Below, piece by piece: positions 38,847-48,007 of a stretch of 64,000 bases of DNA. The stretch's first letter is position 1; each line of letters starts with the position of its first letter. Both the position numbers and the translations under genes were made by a program. Below the pieces are notes generated by a model. That model saw nothing but the letters and a program-made list of their open reading frames with translations. It ran no database searches and had not been told where the DNA came from. Location: the sequence record MG655270.1, one strand, 5' to 3'.

Positions 38847-39431
38847 ATGAACTACATCTACCGGGCAAACGGCCATTTATTTGTGTTGCTCTACCACATT
38901 CCAGTTCTTGATGTCGATCCAAATAAAATGACCCATTGGGAACGGGTATTGCATTACCGTCCCTTAACGATTGCCCTCGGGGCTGAAGAAACAGCGGCGG
39001 TCGCATTCATGCCCGTTCATCTCGAACTGAGTGGCTGGTCAATGACAACCGATGAAGGTGAGTTCTACGACGGCATCTATGTGATCTGGGAGGGTAAACT
39101 CTATCTAACACAGAACGATGAAATGTGTTTGATAGAAGAAATCCCTGCCCTGTTTCACAACCTGATGCCAAGTGCTTATCATCAGCAAATGGTGCGTTAC
39201 ACTCAACCGTTTGAGTTCATCAACGGGCTCGACCATCGTAAGTTACGCTCGCTAAAAGCGACAGCCGAAACCGCCAACAGTTTCCTGCGTATGATGGATC
39301 GGTTTGAACAAGCGGTTGAGTGCCATTACATCAATGAACGCACCAACCTCATGGCGTCCACCGAAATGCCCTTGAGCTTTATTCCGCGCCAACGTGGTGC
39401 TGCTATTAACGAACCTATCGTCTTACATTAA
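38847..39431 (+). CDS. hypothetical protein
   Basis: GAGG RBS. Confidence 0.7.
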   Translation: MNYIYRANGHLFVLLYHIPVLDVDPNKMTHWERVLHYRPLTIALGAEETAAVAFMPVHLELSGWSMTTDEGEFYDGIYVIWEGKLYLTQNDEMCLIEEIPALFHNLMPSAYHQQMVRYTQPFEFINGLDHRKLRSLKATAETANSFLRMMDRFEQAVECHYINERTNLMASTEMPLSFIPRQRGAAINEPIVLH

Positions 39432-39442
39432 CGGAGCCAGTC

Positions 39443-39895
39443 ATGTCAGAACAAAAACCCCTTATCCCGTTTCTCCACTTCCAGATCGATGCATTCCGTA
39501 ATTACCTGGTCGCTAATGATCTGACCCCGTACGCCGTCTTTACCTTACCTAAAGGTCTGGACCCGGTACTGGATCGCTACACCGATCCTGCCAGTGGTCA
39601 GCTGATCCTTAACCTCAGCCCTAACTCTTGTGGTCACTACGAGATCACTGATGATGGTTATATGGTTCTGCATCAGCGTTTCTCGGGTAAAGCCCACGAA
39701 GCGTTCCTGCCGGTCCAACACCTGCTGGCCATGTATGCGCGTGAACGTCAAGACCAGGCCATGGTCTTTGCCGACATCGAGCACACCTGCGATGATGATG
39801 TGAAATTTGTTGAAGATGAGACTGTACCGGAAGTGGATGACACTAACGTAACAGCCCTGCCCTTCAAGAAACCCACATTAACGGTAGTCAAGTAA
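39443..39895 (+). CDS. sspB: SspB-like ClpXP adaptor
   Basis: NDLTPY, LILNLSP, RFSG, HLLAMYARE core; acidic linker; C-terminal KPTLTVVK matching the SspB ClpX-binding tail (RPALRVVK). Confidence 0.88.
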   Translation: MSEQKPLIPFLHFQIDAFRNYLVANDLTPYAVFTLPKGLDPVLDRYTDPASGQLILNLSPNSCGHYEITDDGYMVLHQRFSGKAHEAFLPVQHLLAMYARERQDQAMVFADIEHTCDDDVKFVEDETVPEVDDTNVTALPFKKPTLTVVK

Positions 39896-40020
39896 ATTCT
39901 ATGACTGCGGTTGCGTTCGGTGAGCTTGCCTTTGTACGGTATTGAAGTTCAGCAGTCGGGTGGCATTTGCCACCCTTCTATACACAGCTTCTTTATTTTT
40001 TGTCGAAAAATAATCAGACC

Positions 40021-40028
40021 TACATTAC
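40021..40028 (+). promoter_or_regulatory. candidate early promoter TACATTAC
   Basis: CAGACCTACATTACG after an A/T tract, downstream of a terminator. Confidence 0.55.
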
Positions 40029-40081
40029 GTATAGGCTACAGCTAGTCTGTTGTAATTCGCATCACTAAGGCTAGGTTTACT

Positions 40082-40378
40082 ATGTCACTCATTTGCGTTG
40101 ATCATCTTGTGGCGGCTTGCGCTACATTTGTTCTGCTGTTGGTGCTGGAGCGCATCATTCACAGAGACGAACCCGACCACACCCTGATTGAACTGCTTAT
40201 TACCGCCTTCGGCATTTCAATCAGCATTCCCATCACTGTCGGTATGATTATGCTGACTTACGTGATTCTATTGATCCGTAAGCAACCCAACGCCTTAACC
40301 AGGGCGAGCTATTTCCCGGTGGAGATCCTGCGTCTTATTACCCGCAATCGCTTCAGGCGAAAACCCTCTATTCTCTAA
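40082..40378 (+). CDS. small membrane protein
   Basis: Two to three hydrophobic segments, basic C-terminus. Confidence 0.6.
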   Translation: MSLICVDHLVAACATFVLLLVLERIIHRDEPDHTLIELLITAFGISISIPITVGMIMLTYVILLIRKQPNALTRASYFPVEILRLITRNRFRRKPSIL

Positions 40379-40388
40379 CTTACTTCTG

Positions 40389-40417
40389 GGGTGAGTGAAA
40401 ACTCACCCTTTATGCCG
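40389..40417 (+). terminator. hairpin plus TTATGCCG
   Basis: GGGTGAGT-GAAA-ACTCACCC. Confidence 0.75.
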
Positions 40418-40479
40418 GCGTGTTTAAAACAACTAAACTGCGCCATTATTTAGACACCGTTAATTAAAGGAATACTGTT

Positions 40480-41031
40480 ATGTCTGTTGTCGACAAATTC
40501 AAGAACTGGAAAGCGAACAAGCGCATCGCGTTGCTCGAAGAACTGCTGGAGGTTCACTACTCAATCGGCGATGTGGTGAGTTACCCAGATCCACCGGCGT
40601 TCGAAGTCTGCTGGCATGACACACCGGACTCGATCCACCGGGCACGCTGGACAGGTGTGGCCGAAGCCACCGGCATGACGTATGACGATTTCTTCAAAGC
40701 CACGCGCGTAGGTCAGCTGCACGATACCTCAAACGTTGAAATCACCGGTGAACAAGAAGTCACGGATATGCAAACCCAGGGTTGCTATGCCTTCTGTAAC
40801 TGGCTGACGAATGAGATCCACATCTGGCTGGGTGATCTGCCGTATGATGACCCGCGCACGGAAGAGATCCTGCACACCATGATCGCCAGTGAGATCGCGC
40901 ACCTCACCCCCAACCGTCATCGTAATGAACAGCTGGAAATGTACCGGGCAATGCAGTATGCCGTGGTAGCGCGTTCTGCCAAAGCAGTACTGGTTGATGC
41001 ACTGGGCCTGCTGAAAGGAAAACAGGTATGA
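40480..41031 (+). CDS. hypothetical protein with degenerate zincin-like motif (SEIAH)
   Basis: AAGGA RBS; motif context CYAFC..EIHIW..IASEIAH. Confidence 0.6.
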   Translation: MSVVDKFKNWKANKRIALLEELLEVHYSIGDVVSYPDPPAFEVCWHDTPDSIHRARWTGVAEATGMTYDDFFKATRVGQLHDTSNVEITGEQEVTDMQTQGCYAFCNWLTNEIHIWLGDLPYDDPRTEEILHTMIASEIAHLTPNRHRNEQLEMYRAMQYAVVARSAKAVLVDALGLLKGKQV

Positions 41032-41345
41032 AGAAGGAGCTCTTCACGGTTGTTACCATTGCGGGTGAAGTTAAAACCCCGATCACGGTGTTTGTTCCGG
41101 AGCACGACTACGATATCAATCAACGGGTAGATCTGGTGGCTGCGTGTTATGACCGTCGCCACAAACAAACACCCATCAGCAAAGAACACAAAGCATTGGT
41201 TACTGACTTACTGGTGCAGATGCGCGAGAAGCTTAACACCGCGATTACACTCGGGGAAGATGTTGTGCTGGTCTCAGGCGATGTCTCATTGAAGTACCGG
41301 GTTTACCTCAGTACTTTTAAAGGAATGACCTATGTTGAGACATGA
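41028..41345 (+). CDS. hypothetical protein, paralog of 41332
   Basis: KELFTVV.I.G...PI ... GDVSLKY. Confidence 0.7.
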   Translation: MKKELFTVVTIAGEVKTPITVFVPEHDYDINQRVDLVAACYDRRHKQTPISKEHKALVTDLLVQMREKLNTAITLGEDVVLVSGDVSLKYRVYLSTFKGMTYVET

Positions 41346-41646
41346 GTTGATTACTTCAGTAGCAGTCAACGGCAAGGAGTATTCGCCGATTGTCTGTCCA
41401 CTGGCTAAAGGACCGGATTACAGCCGGGCGTTTGGTGCGTTGCATAAAGCGTATCGGGATGCTGCGACTTACGGCAGTCAGATCATCACGGAGCCGTATG
41501 TCAAAACCATTTGCGGGTTGATCGATCAAATCCAAACTGATCTGGCATCTGGTGTAGAGTTCACCGAGACCCGTAAAGTCAGCGACGGTGATGTGGCAAT
41601 CAGCTATCAGATCACTGTTCGTACGCTCCCGCGCCACGGCAGTTAA
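41332..41646 (+). CDS. hypothetical protein, paralog of 41028
   Basis: HELITSV.V.G...PI ... GDVAISY. Confidence 0.7.
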   Translation: MLRHELITSVAVNGKEYSPIVCPLAKGPDYSRAFGALHKAYRDAATYGSQIITEPYVKTICGLIDQIQTDLASGVEFTETRKVSDGDVAISYQITVRTLPRHGS

Positions 41647-41712
41647 TGACCTCACCCAATCAGTGCAGCCGCTGGTTGGGTTTTCTTACGCTTCATTATA
41701 AAGGAAGACATC

Positions 41713-42342
41713 ATGGGTTGGTTTAATAAACAGAAAGCTACACCGGTAGCTGAAGACACTCCCACGACAGACAAGCAAGACAGTGCCGACTACCCGTGGG
41801 GTGCAACGTATCGCCAACGGCTAATGACACATGCTCGTTCACTATTGACCGTTGATGAACAACAACCCCTGCGTTCTGGCGAAGCCGGTAAGTTGATCGT
41901 TTTTAACGGCGTGGGTTTCTTGATCCGGGGTGAATCGGCCAACATTCCTGATTTGGCTTACATGCACTATCTGGAAGAAATGTGGAACTGGTTGTTGCGC
42001 TGTAATGGAATCGAGCAAAAGCACGGTGGTGTCGTGCCTCGGGCTGAGGTGATTCGCCGTTACGATATCGGCGGGGTAGCTGAAGGGTGTGGCTATACCG
42101 TTGGGTCGCTGGAACCAATCGTACCGGCCTATACTGCCAGTAGCCTGCGTCACCGTAATGCTGCAGACGGTCTGCATTTACTCAAAACCCTGCAGGACGT
42201 GATTCCGGTCACGGACATGCTGATGATTAGTGAACATGAGAAAGAGCTGATCCGCAATATAGAGAACTTGGGGATGAAATTGGTTTCAACTCCACTCAGT
42301 CACGCCGGTCAGATATTTAGCCGAATCCGCTTTAAGGACTGA
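41713..42342 (+). CDS. hypothetical protein
   Basis: AAGGA RBS. Confidence 0.7.
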   Translation: MGWFNKQKATPVAEDTPTTDKQDSADYPWGATYRQRLMTHARSLLTVDEQQPLRSGEAGKLIVFNGVGFLIRGESANIPDLAYMHYLEEMWNWLLRCNGIEQKHGGVVPRAEVIRRYDIGGVAEGCGYTVGSLEPIVPAYTASSLRHRNAADGLHLLKTLQDVIPVTDMLMISEHEKELIRNIENLGMKLVSTPLSHAGQIFSRIRFKD

Positions 42343-42347
42343 CACCG

Positions 42348-43457
42348 ATGATCTATCTGGTCTGGATTCTGATTCCATCCTTGCTACTGGTGCTGTTGTC
42401 CAAAGCCGTGTTCCCGCATCACATCACCTTTAAAGAGTGGTCGCTGCAGGGCGTGGCAGTTGTAGTGGGGACGGCGTTGTCTGTCTTGATACTCTATATC
42501 ACTACAACGGGGATGAGTATCGATCATGAAGTCTGGAATGGCTCTGTGATCTCCAAAGCGCCGGTGCACGTCTCCTGTACACACGAACACCAATGTGGCG
42601 AGACGTGTTCTACCGACAGTAAAGGTAAGAAACACTGTACGCCGATCTATTGTCCGGACCATGCCTTTGATGTTGATTGGGATGTCAAGACAACAGTCGG
42701 AACGTTTACCATTGATCGCGTGGCGTTTGACCGTCAGGGATTACGGGAACCTAAGCGCTTTACGGCGGTACAGATTGGCGAACCGGCAGCAGCAGAGAAG
42801 TACACCCGCAATTACCTGTTGCTCGACAGTGACCGCTTTAAAGCCTCAGAAGGGGTGATGGAGAAGTATAAAGGACGGATACCGGATTATCCCTCCACTT
42901 ATGACTATTACCGTTTTAACCGGGTAGTCAACACCACCAAGGATGATTTCAATTACATCAACGATTACCTGAATAAGGAACTGATTACACTCGGCGCACA
43001 AAAACAACTCAACATTGTCGTGGTAATAACCGACAAGAGTAAAGACTTCTATGAAGCCCTCCGTGAATCCTGGGACGGTGCCCGTAAGAACGATGTGATA
43101 CTCGTCTACGGCATTGACAAGGAACATCATGTGAACTGGTTTAAAGCCGATGCGTTTGCAGACGGGCAGTCAAATATGTCGATGATCAAAACACTGAACT
43201 CGACGGCTCTTGACCGCACTCTTGATGCTGACCTCGTGCATGAACAACTTCACGTGATCCAGGAGCGTTTTAATAGACTGCCTAATAAAACCTTCGAATA
43301 CCTTAATGAAGATTTCACCCCACCGATGTGGGCGATCATCATGACGGTACTCATTAACCTGCTACTCAATATTGGCGTGACCTGGTTCATGGTAAAAAAT
43401 GAAATGGGCGAATACGCATTCATGAATGATAAAGGAAGAAGAAATGCAAGATGGTAA
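42348..43457 (+). CDS. membrane protein with Cys/His-rich periplasmic segment and TPM-like domain
   Basis: Two N-terminal and one C-terminal TM helices; LNIVVVITD..W.G..KNDVILVYG resembles the TPM (TLP18.3/Psb32/MOLO-1) fold. Confidence 0.55.
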   Translation: MIYLVWILIPSLLLVLLSKAVFPHHITFKEWSLQGVAVVVGTALSVLILYITTTGMSIDHEVWNGSVISKAPVHVSCTHEHQCGETCSTDSKGKKHCTPIYCPDHAFDVDWDVKTTVGTFTIDRVAFDRQGLREPKRFTAVQIGEPAAAEKYTRNYLLLDSDRFKASEGVMEKYKGRIPDYPSTYDYYRFNRVVNTTKDDFNYINDYLNKELITLGAQKQLNIVVVITDKSKDFYEALRESWDGARKNDVILVYGIDKEHHVNWFKADAFADGQSNMSMIKTLNSTALDRTLDADLVHEQLHVIQERFNRLPNKTFEYLNEDFTPPMWAIIMTVLINLLLNIGVTWFMVKNEMGEYAFMNDKGRRNARW

Positions 43458-44034
43458 GAAAGGCCTATCTACTGGTGCTCTTGTGGGCGTCGTCGCTGTT
43501 GGTTTCCTGGTACTGGTCCTGGCCATAGCCGGTTCGATCTTTATGGGTTATGTCTCGGCATCGAACGAAGGGGTGCGATCTGAAAGCCGCATTGAGCAGC
43601 TGAACAAAGACTCCGAGAACGTGCTGTCGACCTCAACGATCAAGATCAAGAACATGGCTCAGATTCCGGGCATGTATGTGAAAGATCTTAAAGAGGTGAT
43701 CAGGGCAACCTTTGAAGGCCGTTATGGTAAAGACGGATCGAAAGCCGTGGTGCAGTTTATTCAGGAACAAAACCAGCAGGTCGATTCCAAACTGTACCTG
43801 AACATTCAAAATGAAATGGCGGCTGGTCAGGATGAGTTTCGTATTGCGCAGAGCAACAAGCTTGCAGCATGTCGTAATTATGAAAACAGCCTGGGTTATT
43901 TCTGGAAAGGTATGTTCTTGAAGTGGGCGGGCTATCCGAAGAAAGACCTGAGCAAACTCTGCCAGGTGGTATCGGATGATCAAACGCAAGAAGCGTTTAA
44001 GACCGGCAAGCAAAAGACCATCGAGCTGAACTAA
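43444..44034 (+). CDS. LemA-like membrane-anchored helical protein
   Basis: N-terminal TM, helical bundle, C-terminal RNYENSLGYFWKGMF...GYP resembles the LemA ending. Confidence 0.6.
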   Translation: MQDGKKGLSTGALVGVVAVGFLVLVLAIAGSIFMGYVSASNEGVRSESRIEQLNKDSENVLSTSTIKIKNMAQIPGMYVKDLKEVIRATFEGRYGKDGSKAVVQFIQEQNQQVDSKLYLNIQNEMAAGQDEFRIAQSNKLAACRNYENSLGYFWKGMFLKWAGYPKKDLSKLCQVVSDDQTQEAFKTGKQKTIELN

Positions 44035-44074
44035 CTCACCATCGGACAGGGATGTCCTTTTAATGGAGGTCGTC

Positions 44075-44419
44075 ATGCCTTTTATTCGATTCAAAGCAAA
44101 AGAGATTAAACATACTGCGGAAGCCGTAACAAGCCTTAAGCGGTTCTTTGGTCTGATTGATAAAAACATTGATGCCGTTAAGATTGTCCAGGCATTTCAA
44201 ACGGTCGATACCCGCAACGAACCATTGCTGGAAAACTCGTTGTTGATTATCACACGGATGCCAGACGGGACAAAACGTCACACTCATATCTGGAACTCGA
44301 AGTTCAAAGAAGAACTCGCTGCATTTAAACCTGAACTGGTTGGTGAAGTCCGATCGTTCAGACTCGATTATCAGTTGTATATGGACGGCGACGAGGATAA
44401 CCCCCTTAAGCGGTTCTAA
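44075..44419 (+). CDS. hypothetical protein
   Basis: GGAGG RBS. Confidence 0.65.
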   Translation: MPFIRFKAKEIKHTAEAVTSLKRFFGLIDKNIDAVKIVQAFQTVDTRNEPLLENSLLIITRMPDGTKRHTHIWNSKFKEELAAFKPELVGEVRSFRLDYQLYMDGDEDNPLKRF

Positions 44420-44429
44420 GGAATCTAAA

Positions 44430-44952
44430 ATGAAAGGTACGTTGGTTGAGCATCTTGCCAGTCGTGGCTATGATGTTGCACGGTATAAAACGCAGTGGTT
44501 GACAGACACCCAGTTGACTGTTCCGTTGTTCGACTTCGATCACAAACTCAAAGGGTATCAGGTTTATACACCTGATGCACCTAAGCATGCTACTAACCCA
44601 AAAGAAGCACGTTACTTTACACGTGGGCTAGGTAAGCAGTTGGTGTGGGGTCTGGAGTTGGAAATTAGTATTAACAACCAACAGATTACCAACCGTATTC
44701 TTAACTGAATCGGTTTTCAAGGCCTGTGCACTACATCGCTTAGGATTGAACGCCTGGTCTGTTTTAGGTTCTACGGTATCTGACCCACTCTATCACCAGC
44801 TTCGCTTATTACCTGTTGACTTAGTTTGTTGCGGGGATGATGACAAAGCAGGGAAAGTATTCTCAGAAACCTTTGGTCGAGGTTTTGTGTCGCACGATCT
44901 GGATGAATTATCCCCGAAAGAATTACTCTACTTAACTGCACCGTTTTTATAA
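44430..44952 (+). pseudogene. small TOPRIM/primase-like gene split by a +1 frameshift near 44661-44666
   Basis: Frame A ends ...GLELEISINNQQITNRILN*. Frame B, open from 44632, reads LPTVFLTESVFKACALHRLGLNAWSVLGS...CCGDDDKAG, giving the TOPRIM Glu and DxD motifs. Confidence 0.75.
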
Positions 44953-44963
44953 AGGTAGTTATC

Positions 44964-46202
44964 ATGTCAAACATTATTGAATTAGAAGGCAAGCAGGTTC
45001 CCATCAAGATGTGGACGAAGTTTGTTCCGGTAGAAGAACGTGCTCAACAGCAATTACTAAACTTGAGTGAGTTACCTTTCATCTTCAAACACCTCGCCGT
45101 GATGCCTGATGTGCACTGGGGAATGGGTGCGACCATTGGTTCGGTTATTGCGACTAAAGGTGCGATTATTCCTGCTGCTGTGGGTGTTGATATTGGTTGT
45201 GGGATGATTGCCCAACAAACCTCGCTGGTTGCTGCTGACCTACCCGATAACCTCAGTGCTTTGCGCAGTCGTATTGAAGCAGGCATCCCGCATGGCCGTA
45301 CCGATAACGGCGGTGCAAACGATCGCGGTGCTTGGGGTGATGAGTTCGCCATGGGCTTAGACGATGTGCACCGTGAAGCATTGCTGGTTCTTCAGCAACG
45401 TTTAGTGGCTATTGTGGCTAAGCACCCGAAGCTCACCAAAGCAGCCAGTAAGTTCACCAAACATACTGGCACACTGGGTAGCGGTAACCACTTCGTTGAA
45501 ATCTGTTTAGACGAAGAGCAACGCGTTTGGGTAATGTTGCATTCAGGTTCACGTGGCATCGGTAACACCATCGGTAAATACTTCATCGAGAAAGCCAAAG
45601 AAGAGATGAACCGTTTCTTCGTCCATTTAGTTGACCAAGATCTGGCGTATCTCCCAGAAGGCTCTCAGTATTACGATGACTACCTGCAAGCGGTGCAATG
45701 GGCACAAGACTTTGCAGCGCTCAATCGTGCGGTGATGCTGAGTGCGACACTGAAGGCATTGCACAGTGCCGTGGCTAAGCCATTCACTGAAAGCACCATT
45801 GCGGTTAACTGTCACCACAACTATGTCGCAATGGAAAACCATTTTGATACCAATGTCCTGGTCACCCGTAAAGGTGCAGTGCGGGCGCGTGTAGGTGATT
45901 TGGCGATTATCCCGGGTAGTATGGGTGCAAAGTCGTTTATTGTCGAAGGGCTGGGTAACCAGGAAAGCTTCTGTTCGTGCTCGCATGGTGCTGGTCGTTT
46001 ACTGTCGCGCTCAGCAGCGGTGAAACAATTTAGTCTGGAAGACCATATCCGTGATACCGAGGGTGTGGAATGTCGTAAAGATAAAGACGTCCTTGATGAA
46101 ACACCGAAGGCGTATAAGTCGATTGAAGACGTGATGCGTTCACAAGACGATTTGGTGAAAATCAAATATACCCTGAAACAGATCCTTTGTGTAAAAGGTT
46201 AA
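44964..46202 (+). CDS. rtcB: RtcB RNA ligase
   Basis: MPDVHWG, VGVDIGCG, GTLGSGNHF, HSGSRG, HHNY, GSMG, SHGAGR, DETP.AYK motifs. Confidence 0.96.
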   Translation: MSNIIELEGKQVPIKMWTKFVPVEERAQQQLLNLSELPFIFKHLAVMPDVHWGMGATIGSVIATKGAIIPAAVGVDIGCGMIAQQTSLVAADLPDNLSALRSRIEAGIPHGRTDNGGANDRGAWGDEFAMGLDDVHREALLVLQQRLVAIVAKHPKLTKAASKFTKHTGTLGSGNHFVEICLDEEQRVWVMLHSGSRGIGNTIGKYFIEKAKEEMNRFFVHLVDQDLAYLPEGSQYYDDYLQAVQWAQDFAALNRAVMLSATLKALHSAVAKPFTESTIAVNCHHNYVAMENHFDTNVLVTRKGAVRARVGDLAIIPGSMGAKSFIVEGLGNQESFCSCSHGAGRLLSRSAAVKQFSLEDHIRDTEGVECRKDKDVLDETPKAYKSIEDVMRSQDDLVKIKYTLKQILCVKG

Positions 46203-46204
46203 TT

Positions 46205-46525
46205 ATGAACAAGAAAAAGCAAGTTACGATCTTCGTGGCGGGTGATGTCAATTCAGCTAAGACCACGGTCATTGCCATTATTGAAAAGGCGCTGAAAGAA
46301 GCGGGTCTGGATGCCAAACTGCTTGCGCATGCAGCGGCGGATGCGGAATATTTCGTTGGCGTAAAAAGCGCGTTAGAATATATTCCAGAGATCAGCGATA
46401 AGGTCGAGGTCTCCATTGAAGAACTCACCCGCCCAGCACCGACCAACGATGATGGCTCGCGCCCTGAGAGTTATGTGGCGATCACACATAGCGCCGGCAT
46501 CAAGATCCTTCCCCGTAACAGCTAG
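46205..46525 (+). CDS. hypothetical protein with degenerate P-loop-like N-terminus (related to 36511)
   Basis: IFVAGDVNSAKTT...ALKEAG. Confidence 0.65.
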   Translation: MNKKKQVTIFVAGDVNSAKTTVIAIIEKALKEAGLDAKLLAHAAADAEYFVGVKSALEYIPEISDKVEVSIEELTRPAPTNDDGSRPESYVAITHSAGIKILPRNS

Positions 46526-46530
46526 CTTCT

Positions 46531-46558
46531 AAGAGGACTTCGGTCCTCTTTTATGCCC
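46531..46558 (+). terminator. hairpin plus TTATGCCC
   Basis: AAGAGGAC-TTCG-GTCCTCTT. Confidence 0.75.
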
Positions 46559-46603
46559 GGTTTAATTGTATATAGACACAGTACACATCAACCGAGGGCC
46601 ATC

Positions 46604-47542
46604 ATGTTAGAGTTACTGATGTTAGGACACACCACCCAAAGCGCGGGGGGTAAGCAGGAAGACATCAAGACTGACGTCTCGGGACTCATTGCAAAATATA
46701 GCAATGCAGGATCTATCAGCGCCTTAAATATCACCGTTGGCGCCAGCGCCGGCCTTGCAGTATATGACAACCAATTAATCCTCATTAATCCGGGTTCGAT
46801 GAGCTATTATGACATCAACACCTTTGCATTAAAGAAGAGCACAACCAACAACGTCAATATCAGCGTTAGTTTTAACAGTGTTGCGCATCAGTCAGGCAAA
46901 CATTGGTGGTTTGGTCAGGATCGTACTACCGCAGTAATTTACCATGCGGATTTAGAAACTGGGGTCATTACCAAATACCCTACGCCACCGGTTAAGAAAG
47001 GTATGTTCTTTGCTTATAACGGCAGGCTCTGGTTAGTAGGTGGCTGGGTGGGTAGTGTTAGTAATACCACGACCATCTACAGCATCGACTACAGCAACCC
47101 CGTGAGTTGGAGTAGCCAGCCTTTAAACACTCCATTACCTCGTCAGTTAGCGGGTGCCTCAGCCTATTTCACTACAAATGGTTTAGTGGCGTTTGTCGGT
47201 GGCGGAGCGGTAGGTAGTTCCGGAGATACTGATGGTACAGGCTATACCAGTGTCATGCTCTTCAATCCCGATACGTTAACCTTCACAGGCAAGACGATCT
47301 CCACACCAATGGGTGGCGGATACCACAACCCGAACTTTGTCTTCAATGATACCGCGTACCAATTTAAATACACCAACACCGGGCAGCGTTGGGCGTTAGG
47401 CGATGCCAGTCGGGAATCTAGCCTCAGTCCTGCGCCGATCATTGGCGGTTACCATAACGCATTCACCATTGCAGGTCGCGTTGCTTTCTACGGGAACAGT
47501 TACTCTACCAGTCCTGTTTATCTCTACGTTTTACCAGATTAA
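46604..47542 (+). CDS. Kelch-like beta-propeller protein
   Basis: GRLWLVGGW...W, AFVGGG, IIGGYH repeats; S/T/N/G rich. Confidence 0.7.
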   Translation: MLELLMLGHTTQSAGGKQEDIKTDVSGLIAKYSNAGSISALNITVGASAGLAVYDNQLILINPGSMSYYDINTFALKKSTTNNVNISVSFNSVAHQSGKHWWFGQDRTTAVIYHADLETGVITKYPTPPVKKGMFFAYNGRLWLVGGWVGSVSNTTTIYSIDYSNPVSWSSQPLNTPLPRQLAGASAYFTTNGLVAFVGGGAVGSSGDTDGTGYTSVMLFNPDTLTFTGKTISTPMGGGYHNPNFVFNDTAYQFKYTNTGQRWALGDASRESSLSPAPIIGGYHNAFTIAGRVAFYGNSYSTSPVYLYVLPD

Positions 47543-47547
47543 GAACC

Positions 47548-47577
47548 GGAGAGGCGCATAGCCTCTCTCTTATGCCG
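47548..47577 (+). terminator. hairpin plus TTATGCCG
   Basis: GGAGAGGC-GCATA-GCCTCTCT. Confidence 0.7.
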
Positions 47578-47594
47578 TCAAAAGGAAATTAACC

Positions 47595-48005
47595 ATGCGT
47601 ACACTTGTTGTTGTTTTAACTGAACCGGCTGAGAACCAATCGATTGCTCTGACTATCCGTGACCCGTATCACGAGCTTACCTTTGACAAGATCGCAGGCT
47701 GGATCGAGTCAGCCACCGGTGACAGTGTATTTCGTGACAAATTCGATTTATTGTGTAACGAACACACCCTGGAAGTTTTGGTCGATGTAGTTGATGACGG
47801 CGACACGCCAACGGTGCATTTCGTCTACAGCAATACCCAGTGGAAAGATTGGGTAAAGTCAGTGGCAAAAGCTTTTGTTTACAATGACCCGCATTCTCGT
47901 AACTTCTGCACGGTGAAGGCCGCAGCCGCTTTACTGACCCGTGCGAAACCAACCCTTAGTGACCAACACAGCGATCTGCGTGGCATTGCCTACGTCGAGG
48001 AGTAA
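47595..48005 (+). CDS. hypothetical protein
   Basis: AAGGA RBS. Confidence 0.7.
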   Translation: MRTLVVVLTEPAENQSIALTIRDPYHELTFDKIAGWIESATGDSVFRDKFDLLCNEHTLEVLVDVVDDGDTPTVHFVYSNTQWKDWVKSVAKAFVYNDPHSRNFCTVKAAAALLTRAKPTLSDQHSDLRGIAYVEE

Positions 48006-48007
48006 TC

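Noticed and set aside
43633-44169. 178 aa minus-strand ORF and many other 60-150 aa antisense ORFs in the track
   Set aside because: They lie fully opposite well-supported genes, with no RBS or motifs.
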